Shown: positions 11,194-25,438 of the stretch, piece by piece
Layout of the letters: the number at the start of each line of letters is the position of its first letter
Numbering within the stretch: the first letter of the stretch is position 1
The notes under the pieces: generated by a model
Database searches by the model: none
What the model saw: the letters and a program-made list of their open reading frames with translations, nothing else
Told to the model about the DNA's origin: nothing
Translations under genes and position numbers: made by a program
Source: the human T2T-CHM13v2.0 reference genome, Homo sapiens
NCBI RefSeq assembly: GCF_009914755.1
Contig: NC_060942.1
Reading direction: 5' to 3' (one strand)
Length of the DNA: 64,000 bases

Positions 11194-14100
11194 CCCATAA
11201 AAACTAGACAGAAGCATTCTCAGAAACTTACTCGTGATGTGTGTCCTCAACTAAAGGAGTAGAACCTTTCTTTTCATAGAGAAGTTTTGAAACGCTCTTT
11301 TTGTGGAATCTGCAAGTGGATATTTGGCTAGTTTTGAGGATTTCGTTGGAAGCGGGAATTCATACAAATTGCAGACTGCAGCGTTCTGAGAAACATCTTT
11401 GTGATGTTTGTATTCAGGACACAGAGTTGAACATTCCCTATCATAGAGCAGGTTTGAATCACTCCTTTTGTAGTATCTGGAAGTGGACATTTGGAGCGCT
11501 TTCAGGCCTATGTTGGAAAAGGAAATATCTTCCCATAACAACTAGACAGAAGCATTCTCAGAAACTTATTTGAGATGTGTGTACTCAACTAAGAGAATTG
11601 AACCACCGTTTTGAAGGAGCAGTTTTGAAACACTCTTTTTCTGGAATCTGCAAGTGGATATTTGGCTAGCTTTGGGGATTTCGCTGGAAGCGGGAATACA
11701 TATAAAAAGCACACAGCAGCGTTCTGAGAAACTGCTTTCTGATGTTTGCATTCAAGTCAAAAGTTGAACACTCCCTTTCATAGAGCAGTCTTGAAACACC
11801 CCTTTTGTAGTATCTGGAACTGGACTTTTGGAGCGATTTCAGGGCTAAGGTGAAAAAGGAAATATCTTCCCATAAAAACTGGACAGAAGCATTCTCAGAA
11901 ACTTGTTTATGCTGTATCTACTCAACTAACAAAGTTGAACCTTTCTTTTGATAGAGCAGTTTTGAAATGGTCTTTTTGTGGAATCTGCAAGTGGATATTT
12001 GGCTAGTTTTGAGGATTTCGTTGGAAGCGGGAATTCATACAAATTGCAGACTGCAGCGTTCTGAGAAACATCTTTGTGATGTTTGTATTCAGGACACAGA
12101 GTTGAACATTCCCTATCATAGAGCAGGTTGGAATCACTCCTTTTGTAGTATCTGGAAGTGGACATTTGGAGCGCTTTCAGGCCTATTTTGGAAAGGGAAA
12201 TATCTTCCCGTAACAACTATGCAGAAGCATTCTCAGAAACTTGTTTGTGATGTGTGCCCTCTACTGACAGAGTTGAACCTTTCTTTTCATAGAGCAGTTT
12301 TGAAACACTCTTTTTGTAGAATCTGCAAGAGGATATTTGCATAGCTTTGAGGATTTCGTGGGAAACGGGATTGTCTTCAGGTAAAATCTAGACAGAAGCA
12401 TTCTCAGAAACTTCTTTGGGATGTTTGCATTCAAGTCACAGAGTAGAACATTCCCTTTGGTAGAGCAGGTTTGAAACACTCTTTTTGTAGTATCTGGAAG
12501 TGGACATTTGGAGCGCTTTCAGGCCCATGTTGGAAAGGGAAATATCTTCCCGTAACAACTAGGCAGAAGCATTCTCAGAAACTTATTTGAGATGTGTGTA
12601 CTCAACTAAGAGAATTGAACCACCGTTTTGAAGGAGCAGTTTTGAAACACTCTTTTTCTGGAATCTGCAAGAGGATATTTGCCTAGCCTTGAGGATTTCG
12701 TTGGAAACGGGATTGTCTTCAGAGAAAATCTAGACAGAAGCATTCTCAGAAACTTCTTTGGGATGCTTGCATTCAAGTCACAGAGTAGAACATTCCCTTT
12801 GGTAGAGCAGGTTTGAAACACTCTTTTTGTAGTATCTGGAAGTGGACATTTGGAGCGCTTTCAGGCCTACGTTGGAAAAGGAAATATCTTCCCATAACAA
12901 CTAGACAGAAGCATTCTCAGAAACTAGTTTCTGATGTGTGTCCTCAACTAACACAGTTGAACATTTCTTTAGACAGAACAGTTTTGAAACACTCTTTTTG
13001 TGGAATCTGCAAGTGGCTATTTGGCTAGATTTGAGGATTTCGTTGGAAACGGGATTACATATAAAAAGCAGTCAGCAGCATTCTCAGAAAGTTCTTTGTG
13101 ATGATTGCATTCAAGTCACAGAATTGAACATTCCCTTTCACAGAGCAGGTTTGAAACACTCTTTTTGTAGTGTGTGTAAGTGGACATTTGGAGCACTTAC
13201 CGGCCTAAGGTGAAAAAGGAAATATCTTCCCATAAAAACTAGACAGAAGCATTCTCAGAAACTTACTCGTGATGTGTGTCCTCAACTAAAGGAGTAGAAC
13301 CTTTCTTTTCATAGAGAAGTTTTGAAACGCTCTTTTTGTGGAATCTGCAAGTGGATATTTGGCTAGTTTTGAGGATTTCGTTGGAAGCGGGAATTCATAC
13401 AAATTGCAGACTGCAGCGTTCTGAGAAACATCTTTGTGATGTTTGTATTCAGGACACAGAGTTGAACATTCCCTATCATAGAGCAGGTTTGAATCACTCC
13501 TTTTGTAGTATCTGGAAGTGGACATTTGGAGCGCTTTCAGGCCTATGTTGGAAAAGGAAATATCTTCCCATAACAACTAGACAGAAGCATTCTCAGAAAC
13601 TTATTTGAGATGTGTGTACTCAACTAAGAGAATTGAACCACCGTTTTGAAGGAGCAGTTTTGAAACTCTCTTTTTCTGGAATCTGCAAGTGGATATTTGG
13701 CTAGCTTTGGGGATTTCGCTGGAAGCGGGAATACATATAAAAAGCACACAGCAGCGTTCTGAGAAACTGCTTTCTGATGTTTGCATTCAAGTCAAAAGTT
13801 GAACACTCCCTTTCATAGAGCAGTCCTGAAACACCCCTTTTGTAGTATCTGGAACTGGACTTTTGGAGCGATTTCAGGGCTAAGGTGAAAAAGGAAATAT
13901 CTTCCCATAAAAACTGGACAGAAGCATTCTCAGAAACTTGTTTATGCTGTATCTACTCAACTAACAAAGTTGAACCTTTCTTTTGATAGAGCAGTTTTGA
14001 AATGGTCTTTTTGTGGAATCTGCAAGTGGATATTTGGCTAGTTTTGAGGATTTCGTTGGAAGCGGGAATTCATACAAATTGCAGACTGCAGCGTTCTGAG

Positions 14101-17100
14101 AAACATCTTTGTGATGTTTGTATTCAGGACACAGAGTTGAACATTCCCTATCATAGAGCAGGTTGGAATCACTCCTTTTGTAGTATCTGGAAGTGGACAT
14201 TTGGAGCGCTTTCAGGCCTATTTTGGAAAGGGAAATATCTTCCCGTAACAACTATGCAGAAGCATTCTCAGAAACTTGTTTGTGATGTGTGCCCTCTACT
14301 GACAGAGTTGAACCTTTCTTTTCATAGAGCAGTTTTGAAACACTCTTTTTGTAGAATCTGCAAGAGGATATTTGCATAGCTTTGAGGATTTCGTGGGAAA
14401 CGGGATTGTCTTCAGGTAAAATCTAGACAGAAGCATTCTCAGAAACTTCTTTGGGATGTTTGCATTCAAGTCACAGAGTAGAACATTCCCTTTGGTAGAG
14501 CAGGTTTGAAACACTCTTTTTGTAGTATCTGGAAGTGGACATTTGGAGCGCTTTCAGGCCCATGTTGGAAAGGGAAATATCTTCCCGTAACAACTAGGCA
14601 GAAGCATTCTCAGAAACTTATTTGAGATGTGTGTACTCAACTAAGAGAATTGAACCACCGTTTTGAAGGAGCAGTTTTGAAACACTCTTTTTCTGGAATC
14701 TGCAAGAGGATATTTGCCTAGCCTTGAGGATTTCGTTGGAAACGGGATTGTCTTCAGAGAAAATCTAGACAGAAGCATTCTCAGAAACTTCTTTGGGATG
14801 CTTGCATTCAAGTCACAGAGTAGAACATTCCCTTTGGTAGAGCAGGTTTGAAACACTCTTTTTGTAGTATCTGGAAGTGGACATTTGGAGCGCTTTCAGG
14901 CCTACGTTGGAAAAGGAAATATCTTCCCATAACAACTAGACAGAAGCATTCTCAGAAACTCGTTTCTGATGTGTGTCCTCAACTAACACAGTTGAACATT
15001 TCTTTAGACAGAACAGTTTTGAAACACTCTTTTTGTGGAATCTGCAAGTGGCTATTTGGCTAGATTTGAGGATTTCGTTGGAAACGGGATTACATATAAA
15101 AAGCAGTCAGCAGCATTCTCAGAAAGTTCTTTGTGATGATTGCATTCAAGTCACAGAATTGAACATTCCCTTTCACAGAGCAGGTTTGAAACACTCTTTT
15201 TGTAGTGTGTGTAAGTGGACATTTGGAGCACTTACCGGCCTAAGGTGAAAAAGGAAATATCTTCCCATAAAAACTAGACAGAAGCATTCTCAGAAACTTA
15301 CTCGTGATGTGTGTCCTCAACTAAAGGAGTAGAACCTTTCTTTTCATAGAGAAGTTTTGAAACGCTCTTTTTGTGGAATCTGCAAGTGGATATTTGGCTA
15401 GTTTTGAGGATTTCGTTGGAAGCGGGAATTCATACAAATTGCAGACTGCAGCGTTCTGAGAAACATCTTTGTGATGTTTGTATTCAGGACACAGAGTTGA
15501 ACATTCCCTATCATAGAGCAGGTTTGAATCACTCCTTTTGTAGTATCTGGAAGTGGACATTTGGAGCGCTTTCAGGCCTATGTTGGAAAAGGAAATATCT
15601 TCCCATAACAACTAGACAGAAGCATTCTCAGAAACTTATTTGAGATGTGTGTACTCAACTAAGAGAATTGAACCACCGTTTTGAAGGAGCAGTTTTGAAA
15701 CTCTCTTTTTCTGGAATCTGCAAGTGGATATTTGGCTAGCTTTGGGGATTTCGCTGGAAGCGGGAATACATATAAAAAGCACACAGCAGCGTTCTGAGAA
15801 ACTGCTTTCTGATGTTTGCATTCAAGTCAAAAGTTGAACACTCCCTTTCATAGAGCAGTCCTGAAACACCCCTTTTGTAGTATCTGGAACTGGACTTTTG
15901 GAGCGATTTCAGGGCTAAGGTGAAAAAGGAAATATCTTCCCATAAAAACTGGACAGAAGCATTCTCAGAAACTTGTTTATGCTGTATCTACTCAACTAAC
16001 AAAGTTGAACCTTTCTTTTGATAGAGCAGTTTTGAAATGGTCTTTTTGTGGAATCTGCAAGTGGATATTTGGCTAGTTTTGAGGATTTCGTTGGAAGCGG
16101 GAATTCATACAAATTGCAGACTGCAGCGTTCTGAGAAACATCTTTGTGATGTTTGTATTCAGGACACAGAGTTGAACATTCCCTATCATAGAGCAGGTTG
16201 GAATCACTCCTTTTGTAGTATCTGGAAGTGGACATTTGGAGCGCTTTCAGGCCTATTTTGGAAAGGGAAATATCTTCCCGTAACAACTATGCAGAAGCAT
16301 TCTCAGAAACTTGTTTGTGATGTGTGCCCTCTACTGACAGAGTTGAACCTTTCTTTTCATAGAGCAGTTTTGAAACACTCTTTTTGTAGAATCTGCAAGA
16401 GGATATTTGCATAGCTTTGAGGATTTCGTGGGAAACGGGATTGTCTTCAGGTAAAATCTAGACAGAAGCATTCTCAGAAACTTCTTTGGGATGTTTGCAT
16501 TCAAGTCACAGAGTAGAACATTCCCTTTGGTAGAGCAGGTTTGAAACACTCTTTTTGTAGTATCTGGAAGTGGACATTTGGAGCGCTTTCAGGCCCATGT
16601 TGGAAAGGGAAATATCTTCCCGTAACAACTAGGCAGAAGCATTCTCAGAAACTTATTTGAGATGTGTGTACTCAACTAAGAGAATTGAACCACCGTTTTG
16701 AAGGAGCAGTTTTGAAACACTCTTTTTCTGGAATCTGCAAGAGGATATTTGCCTAGCCTTGAGGATTTCGTTGGAAACGGGATTGTCTTCAGAGAAAATC
16801 TAGACAGAAGCATTCTCAGAAACTTCTTTGGGATGCTTGCATTCAAGTCACAGAGTAGAACATTCCCTTTGGTAGAGCAGGTTTGAAACACTCTTTTTGT
16901 AGTATCTGGAAGTGGACATTTGGAGCGCTTTCAGGCCTACGTTGGAAAAGGAAATATCTTCCCATAACAACTAGACAGAAGCATTCTCAGAAACTCGTTT
17001 CTGATGTGTGTCCTCAACTAACACAGTTGAACATTTCTTTAGACAGAACAGTTTTGAAACACTCTTTTTGTGGAATCTGCAAGTGGCTATTTGGCTAGAT

Positions 17101-20100
17101 TTGAGGATTTCGTTGGAAACGGGATTACATATAAAAAGCAGTCAGCAGCATTCTCAGAAAGTTCTTTGTGATGATTGCATTCAAGTCACAGAATTGAACA
17201 TTCCCTTTCACAGAGCAGGTTTGAAACACTCTTTTTGTAGTGTGTGTAAGTGGACATTTGGAGCACTTACCGGCCTAAGGTGAAAAAGGAAATATCTTCC
17301 CATAAAAACTAGACAGAAGCATTCTCAGAAACTTACTCGTGATGTGTGTCCTCAACTAAAGGAGTAGAACCTTTCTTTTCATAGAGAAGTTTTGAAACGC
17401 TCTTTTTGTGGAATCTGCAAGTGGATATTTGGCTAGTTTTGAGGATTTCGTTGGAAGCGGGAATTCATACAAATTGCAGACTGCAGCGTTCTGAGAAACA
17501 TCTTTGTGATGTTTGTATTCAGGACACAGAGTTGAACATTCCCTATCATAGAGCAGGTTTGAATCACTCCTTTTGTAGTATCTGGAAGTGGACATTTGGA
17601 GCGCTTTCAGGCCTATGTTGGAAAAGGAAATATCTTCCCATAACAACTAGACAGAAGCATTCTCAGAAACTTATTTGAGATGTGTGTACTCAACTAAGAG
17701 AATTGAACCACCGTTTTGAAGGAGCAGTTTTGAAACTCTCTTTTTCTGGAATCTGCAAGTGGATATTTGGCTAGCTTTGGGGATTTCGCTGGAAGCGGGA
17801 ATACATATAAAAAGCACACAGCAGCGTTCTGAGAAACTGCTTTCTGATGTTTGCATTCAAGTCAAAAGTTGAACACTCCCTTTCATAGAGCAGTCCTGAA
17901 ACACCCCTTTTGTAGTATCTGGAACTGGACTTTTGGAGCGATTTCAGGGCTAAGGTGAAAAAGGAAATATCTTCCCATAAAAACTGGACAGAAGCATTCT
18001 CAGAAACTTGTTTATGCTGTATCTACTCAACTAACAAAGTTGAACCTTTCTTTTGATAGAGCAGTTTTGAAATGGTCTTTTTGTGGAATCTGCAAGTGGA
18101 TATTTGGCTAGTTTTGAGGATTTCGTTGGAAGCGGGAATTCATACAAATTGCAGACTGCAGCGTTCTGAGAAACATCTTTGTGATGTTTGTATTCAGGAC
18201 ACAGAGTTGAACATTCCCTATCATAGAGCAGGTTGGAATCACTCCTTTTGTAGTATCTGGAAGTGGACATTTGGAGCGCTTTCAGGCCTATTTTGGAAAG
18301 GGAAATATCTTCCCGTAACAACTATGCAGAAGCATTCTCAGAAACTTGTTTGTGATGTGTGCCCTCTACTGACAGAGTTGAACCTTTCTTTTCATAGAGC
18401 AGTTTTGAAACACTCTTTTTGTAGAATCTGCAAGAGGATATTTGCATAGCTTTGAGGATTTCGTGGGAAACGGGATTGTCTTCAGGTAAAATCTAGACAG
18501 AAGCATTCTCAGAAACTTCTTTGGGATGTTTGCATTCAAGTCACAGAGTAGAACATTCCCTTTGGTAGAGCAGGTTTGAAACACTCTTTTTGTAGTATCT
18601 GGAAGTGGACATTTGGAGCGCTTTCAGGCCCATGTTGGAAAGGGAAATATCTTCCCGTAACAACTAGGCAGAAGCATTCTCAGAAACTTATTTGAGATGT
18701 GTGTACTCAACTAAGAGAATTGAACCACCGTTTTGAAGGAGCAGTTTTGAAACACTCTTTTTCTGGAATCTGCAAGAGGATATTTGCCTAGCCTTGAGGA
18801 TTTCGTTGGAAACGGGATTGTCTTCAGAGAAAATCTAGACAGAAGCATTCTCAGAAACTTCTTTGGGATGTTTGCATTCAAGTCACAGAGTAGAACATTC
18901 CCTTTGGTAGAGCAGGTTTGAAACACTCTTTTTGTAGTATCTGGAAGTGGACATTTGGAGCGCTTTCAGGCCTACGTTGGAAAAGGAAATATCTTCCCAT
19001 AACAACTAGACAGAAGCATTCTCAGAAACTAGTTTCTGATGTGTGTCCTCAACTAACACAGTTGAACATTTCTTTAGACAGAACAGTTTTGAAACACTCT
19101 TTTTGTGGAATCTGCAAGTGGCTATTTGGCTAGATTTGAGGATTTCGTTGGAAACGGGATTACATATAAAAAGCAGTCAGCAGCATTCTCAGAAAGTTCT
19201 TTGTGATGATTGCATTCAAGTCACAGAATTGAACATTCCCTTTCACAGAGCAGGTTTGAAACACTCTTTTTGTAGTGTGTGTAAGTGGACATTTGGAGCA
19301 CTTACCGGCCTAAGGTGAAAAAGGAAATATCTTCCCATAAAAACTAGACAGAAGCATTCTCAGAAACTTACTCGTGATGTGTGTCCTCAACTAAAGGAGT
19401 AGAACCTTTCTTTTCATAGAGAAGTTTTGAAACGCTCTTTTTGTGGAATCTGCAAGTGGATATTTGGCTAGTTTTGAGGATTTCGTTGGAAGCGGGAATT
19501 CATACAAATTGCAGACTGCAGCGTTCTGAGAAACATCTTTGTGATGTTTGTATTCAGGACACAGAGTTGAACATTCCCTATCATAGAGCAGGTTTGAATC
19601 ACTCCTTTTGTAGTATCTGGAAGTGGACATTTGGAGCGCTTTCAGGCCTATGTTGGAAAAGGAAATATCTTCCCATAACAACTAGACAGAAGCATTCTCA
19701 GAAACTTATTTGAGATGTGTGTACTCAACTAAGAGAATTGAACCACCGTTTTGAAGGAGCAGTTTTGAAACTCTCTTTTTCTGGAATCTGCAAGTGGATA
19801 TTTGGCTAGCTTTGGGGATTTCGCTGGAAGCGGGAATACATATAAAAAGCACACAGCAGCGTTCTGAGAAACTGCTTTCTGATGTTTGCATTCAAGTCAA
19901 AAGTTGAACACTCCCTTTCATAGAGCAGTCTTGAAACACCCCTTTTGTAGTATCTGGAACTGGACTTTTGGAGCGATTTCACGGCTAAGGTGAAAAAGGA
20001 AATATCTTCCCATAAAAACTGGACAGAAGCATTCTCAGAAACTTGGTTATGCTGTATCTACTCAACTAACAAAGTTGAACCTTTCTTTTGATAGAGCAGT

Positions 20101-23100
20101 TTTGAAATGGTCTTTTTGTGGAATCTGCAAGTGGATATTTGGCTAGTTTTGAGGATTTCGTTGGAAGCGGGAATTCATACAAATTGCAGACTGCAGCGTT
20201 CTGAGAAACATCTTTGTGATGTTTGTATTCAGGACACAGAGTTGAACATTCCCTATCATAGAGCAGGTTGGAATCACTCCTTTTGTAGTATCTGGAAATG
20301 GACATTTGGAGCGCTTTCAGGCCTATTTTGGAAAGGGAAATATCTTCCCGTAACAACTATGCAGAAGCATTCTCAGAAACTTGTTTGTGATGTGTGCCCT
20401 CTACTGACAGAGTTGAACCTTTCTTTTCATAGAGCAGTTTTGAAACACTCTTTTTGTAGAATCTGCAAGAGGATATTTGCATAGCTTTGAGGATTTCGTG
20501 GGAAACGGGATTGTCTTCAGGTAAAATCTAGACAGAAGCATTCTCAGAAACTTCTTTGGGATGTTTGCATTCAAGTCACAGAGTAGAACATTCCCTTTGG
20601 TAGAGCAGGTTTGAAACACTCTTTTTGTAGTATCTGGAAGTGGACATTTGGAGCGCTTTCAGGCCCATGTTGGAAAGGGAAATATCTTCCCGTAACAACT
20701 AGGCAGAAGCATTCTCAGAAACTTATTTGAGATGTGTGTACTCAACTAAGAGAATTGAACCACCGTTTTGAAGGAGCAGTTTTGAAACACTCTTTTTCTG
20801 GAATCTGTAAGAGTATATTTGCCTAGCCTTGAGGATTTCGTTGGAAACGGGATTGTCTTCAGAGAAAATCTAGACAGAAGCATTCTCAGAAACTTCTTTG
20901 GGATGTTTGCATTCAAGTCACAGAGTAGAACATTCCCTTTGGTAGAGCAGGTTTGAAACACTCTTTTTGTAGTATCTGGAAGTGGACATTTGGAGCGCTT
21001 TCAGGCCTACGTTGGAAAAGGAAATATCTTCCCATAACAACTAGACAGAAGCATTCTCAGAAACTCGTTTCTGATGTGTGTCCTCAACTAACACAGTTGA
21101 ACATTTCTTTAGACAGAACAGTTTTGAAACACTCTTTTTGTGGAATCTGCAAGTGGCTATTTGGCTAGATTTGAGGATTTCGTTGGAAACGGGATTACAT
21201 ATAAAAAGCAGTCAGCAGCATTCTCAGAAAGTTCTTTGTGATGATTGCATTCAAGTCACAGAATTGAACATTCCCTTTCACAGAGCAGGTTTGAAACACT
21301 CTTTTTGTAGTGTGTGTAAGTGGACATTTGGAGCACTTACCGGCCTAAGGTGAAAAAGGAAATATCTTCCCATAAAAACTAGACAGAAGCATTCTCAGAA
21401 ACTTACTCGTGATGTGTGTCCTCAACTAAAGGAGTAGAACCTTTCTTTTCATAGAGAAGTTTTGAAACGCTCTTTTTGTGGAATCTGCAAGTGGATATTT
21501 GGCTAGTTTTGAGGATTTCGTTGGAAGCGGGAATTCATACAAATTGCAGACTGCAGCGTTCTGAGAAACATCTTTGTGATGTTTGTATTCAGGACACAGA
21601 GTTGAACATTCCCTATCATAGAGCAGGTTGGAATCACTCCTTTTGTAGTATCTGGAAGTGGACATTTGGAGCGCTTTCAGGCCTATGTTGGAAAAGGAAA
21701 TATCTTCCCATAACAACTAGACAGAAGCATTCTCAGAAACTTATTTGAGATGTGTGTACTCAACTAAGAGAATTGAACCACCGTTTTGAAGGAGCAGTTT
21801 TGAAACTCTCTTTTTCTGGAATCTGCAAGTGGATATTTGGCTAGCTTTGGGGATTTCGCTGGAAGCGGGAATACATATAAAAAGCACACAGCAGCGTTCT
21901 GAGAAACTGCTTTCTGATGTTTGCATTCAAGTCAAAAGTTGAACACTCCCTTTCATAGAGCAGTCTTGAAACACCCCTTTTGTAGTATCTGGAACTGGAC
22001 TTTTGGAGCGATTTCAGGGCTAAGGTGAAAAAGGAAATATCTTCCCATAAAAACTGGACAGAAGCATTCTCAGAAACTTGTTTATGCTGTATCTACTCAA
22101 CTAACAAAGTTGAACCTTTCTTTTGATAGAGCAGTTTTGAAATGGTCTTTTTGTGGAATCTGCAAGTGGATATTTGGCTAGTTTTGAGGATTTCGTTGGA
22201 AGCGGGAATTCATACAAATTGCAGACTGCAGCGTTCTGAGAAACATCTTTGTGATGTTTGTATTCAGGACACAGAGTTGAACATTCCCTATCATAGAGCA
22301 GGTTGGAATCACTCCTTTTGTAGTATCTGGAAGTGGACATTTGGAGCGCTTTCAGGCCTATTTTGGAAAGGGAAATATCTTCCCGTAACAACTATGCAGA
22401 AGCATTCTCAGAAACTTGTTTGTGATGTGTGCCCTCTACTGACAGAGTTGAACCTTTCTTTTCATAGAGCAGTTTTGAAACACTCTTTTTGTAGAATCTG
22501 CAAGAGGATATTTGCATAGCTTTGAGGATTTCGTGGGAAACGGGATTGTCTTCAGGTAAAATCTAGACAGAAGCATTCTCAGAAACTTCTTTGGGATGTT
22601 TGCATTCAAGTCACAGAGTAGAACATTCCCTTTGGTAGAGCAGGTTTGAAACACTCTTTTTGTAGTATCTGGAAGTGGATATTTGGAGCGCTTTCAGGCC
22701 CATGTTGGAAAGGGAAATATCTTCCCGTAACAACTAGGCAGAAGCATTCTCAGAAACTTATTTGAGATGTGTGTACTCAACTAAGAGAATTGAACCACCG
22801 TTTTGAAGGAGCAGTTTTGAAACACTCTTTTTCTGGAATCTGCAAGAGTATATTTGCCTAGCCTTGAGGATTTCGTTGGAAACGGGATTGTCTTCAGAGA
22901 AAATCTAGACAGAAGCATTCTCAGAAACTTCTTTGGGATGTTTGCATTCAAGTCACAGAGTAGAACATTCCCTTTGGTAGAGCAGGTTTGAAACACTCTT
23001 TTTTTAGTATCTGGAAGTGGACATTTGGAGCGCTTTCAGGCCTACGTTGGAAAAGGAAATATCTTCCCATAACAACTAGACAGAAGCATTCTCAGAAACT

Positions 23101-25438
23101 AGTTTCTGATGTGTGTCCTCAACTAACACAGTTGAACATTTCTTTAGACAGAACAGTTTTGAAACACTCTTTTTGTGGAATCTGCAAGTGGCTATTTGGC
23201 TAGATTTGAGGATTTCGTTGGAAACGGGATTACATATAAAAAGCAGTCAGCAGCATTCTCAGAAAGTTCTTTGTGATGATTGCATTCAAGTCACAGAATT
23301 GAACATTCCCTTTCACAGAGCAGGTTTGAAACACTCTTTTTGTAGTGTGTGTAAGTGGACATTTGGAGCACTTACCGGCCTAAGGTGAAAAAGGAAATAT
23401 CTTCCCATAAAAACTAGACAGAAGCATTCTCAGAAACTTACTCGTGATGTGTGTCCTCAACTAAAGGAGTAGAACCTTTCTTTTCATAGAGAAGTTTTGA
23501 AACGCTCTTTTTGTGGAATCTGCAAGTGGATATTTGGCTAGTTTTGAGGATTTCGTTGGAAGCGGGAATTCATACAAATTGCAGACTGCAGCGTTCTGAG
23601 AAACATCTTTGTGATGTTTGTATTCAGGACACAGAGTTGAACATTCCCTATCATAGAGCAGGTTGGAATCACTCCTTTTGTAGTATCTGGAAGTGGACAT
23701 TTGGAGCGCTTTCAGGCCTATGTTGGAAAAGGAAATATCTTCCCATAACAACTAGACAGAAGCATTCTCAGAAACTTATTTGAGATGTGTGTACTCAACT
23801 AAGAGAATTGAACCACCGTTTTGAAGGAGCAGTTTTGAAACACTCTTTTTCTGGAATCTGCAAGTGGATATTTGGCTAGCTTTGGGGATTTCGCTGGAAG
23901 CGGGAATACATATAAAAAGCACACAGCAGCGTTCTGAGAAACTGCTTTCTGATGTTTGCATTCAAGTCAAAAGTTGAACACTCCCTTTCATAGAGCAGTC
24001 TTGAAACACCCCTTTTGTAGTATCTGGAACTGGACTTTTGGAGCGATTTCAGGGCTAAGGTGAAAAAGGAAATATCTTCCCATAAAAACTGGACAGAAGC
24101 ATTCTCAGAAACTTGGTTATGCTGTATCTACTCAACTAACAAAGTTGAACCTTTCTTTTGATAGAGCAGTTTTGAAATGGTCTTTTTGTGGAATCTGCAA
24201 GTGGATATTTGGCTAGTTTTGAGGATTTCGTTGGAAGCGGGAATTCATACAAATTGCAGACTGCAGCGTTCTGAGAAACATCTTTGTGATGTTTGTATTC
24301 AGGACACAGAGTTGAACATTCCCTATCATAGAGCAGGTTGGAATCACTCCTTTTGTAGTATCTGGAAGTGGACATTTGGAGCGCTTTCAGGCCTATTTTG
24401 GAAAGGGAAATATCTTCCCGTAACAACTATGCAGAAGCATTCTCAGAAACTTGTTTGTGATGTGTGCCCTCTACTGACAGAGTTGAACCTTTCTTTTCAT
24501 AGAGCAGTTTTGAAACACTCTTTTTGTAGAATCTGCAAGAGGATATTTGCATAGCTTTGAGGATTTCGTGGGAAACGGGATTGTCTTCAGGTAAAATCTA
24601 GACAGAAGCATTCTCAGAAACTTCTTTGGGATGTTTGCATTCAAGTCACAGAGTAGAACATTCCCTTTGGTAGAGCAGGTTTGAAACACTCTTTTTGTAG
24701 TATCTGGAAGTGGACATTTGGAGCGCTTTCAGGCCCATGTTGGAAAGGGAAATATCTTCCCGTAACAACTAGGCAGAAGCATTCTCAGAAACTTATTTGA
24801 GATGTGTGTACTCAACTAAGAGAATTGAACCACCGTTTTGAAGGAGCAGTTTTGAAACACTCTTTTTCTGGAATCTGCAAGAGTATATTTGCCTAGCCTT
24901 GAGGATTTCGTTGGAAACGGGATTGTCTTCAGAGAAAATCTAGACAGAAGCATTCTCAGAAACTTCTTTGGGATGTTTGCATTCAAGTCACAGAGTAGAA
25001 CATTCCCTTTGGTAGAGCAGGTTTGAAACACTCTTTTTGTAGTATCTGGAAGTGGACATTTGGAGCGCTTTCAGGCCTACGTTGGAAAAGGAAATATCTT
25101 CCCATAACAACTAGACAGAAGCATTCTCAGAAACTAGTTTCTGATGTGTGTCCTCAACTAACACAGTTGAACATTTCTTTAGACAGAACAGTTTTGAAAC
25201 ACTCTTTTTGTGGAATCTGCAAGTGGCTATTTGGCTAGATTTGAGGATTTCGTTGGAAACGGGATTACATATAAAAAGCAGTCAGCAGCATTCTCAGAAA
25301 GTTCTTTGTGATGATTGCATTCAAGTCACAGAATTGAACATTCCCTTTCACAGAGCAGGTTTGAAACACTCTTTTTGTAGTGTGTGTAAGTGGACATTTG
25401 GAGCACTTACCGGCCTAAGGTGAAAAAGGAAATATCTT
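11194..25438 (+). repeat. Seven tandem 12-mer HORs (starts 11194, 13229, 15264, 17299, 19334, 21369, 23404)
   Basis: Exact 2035-bp periodicity. Confidence 0.97.
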
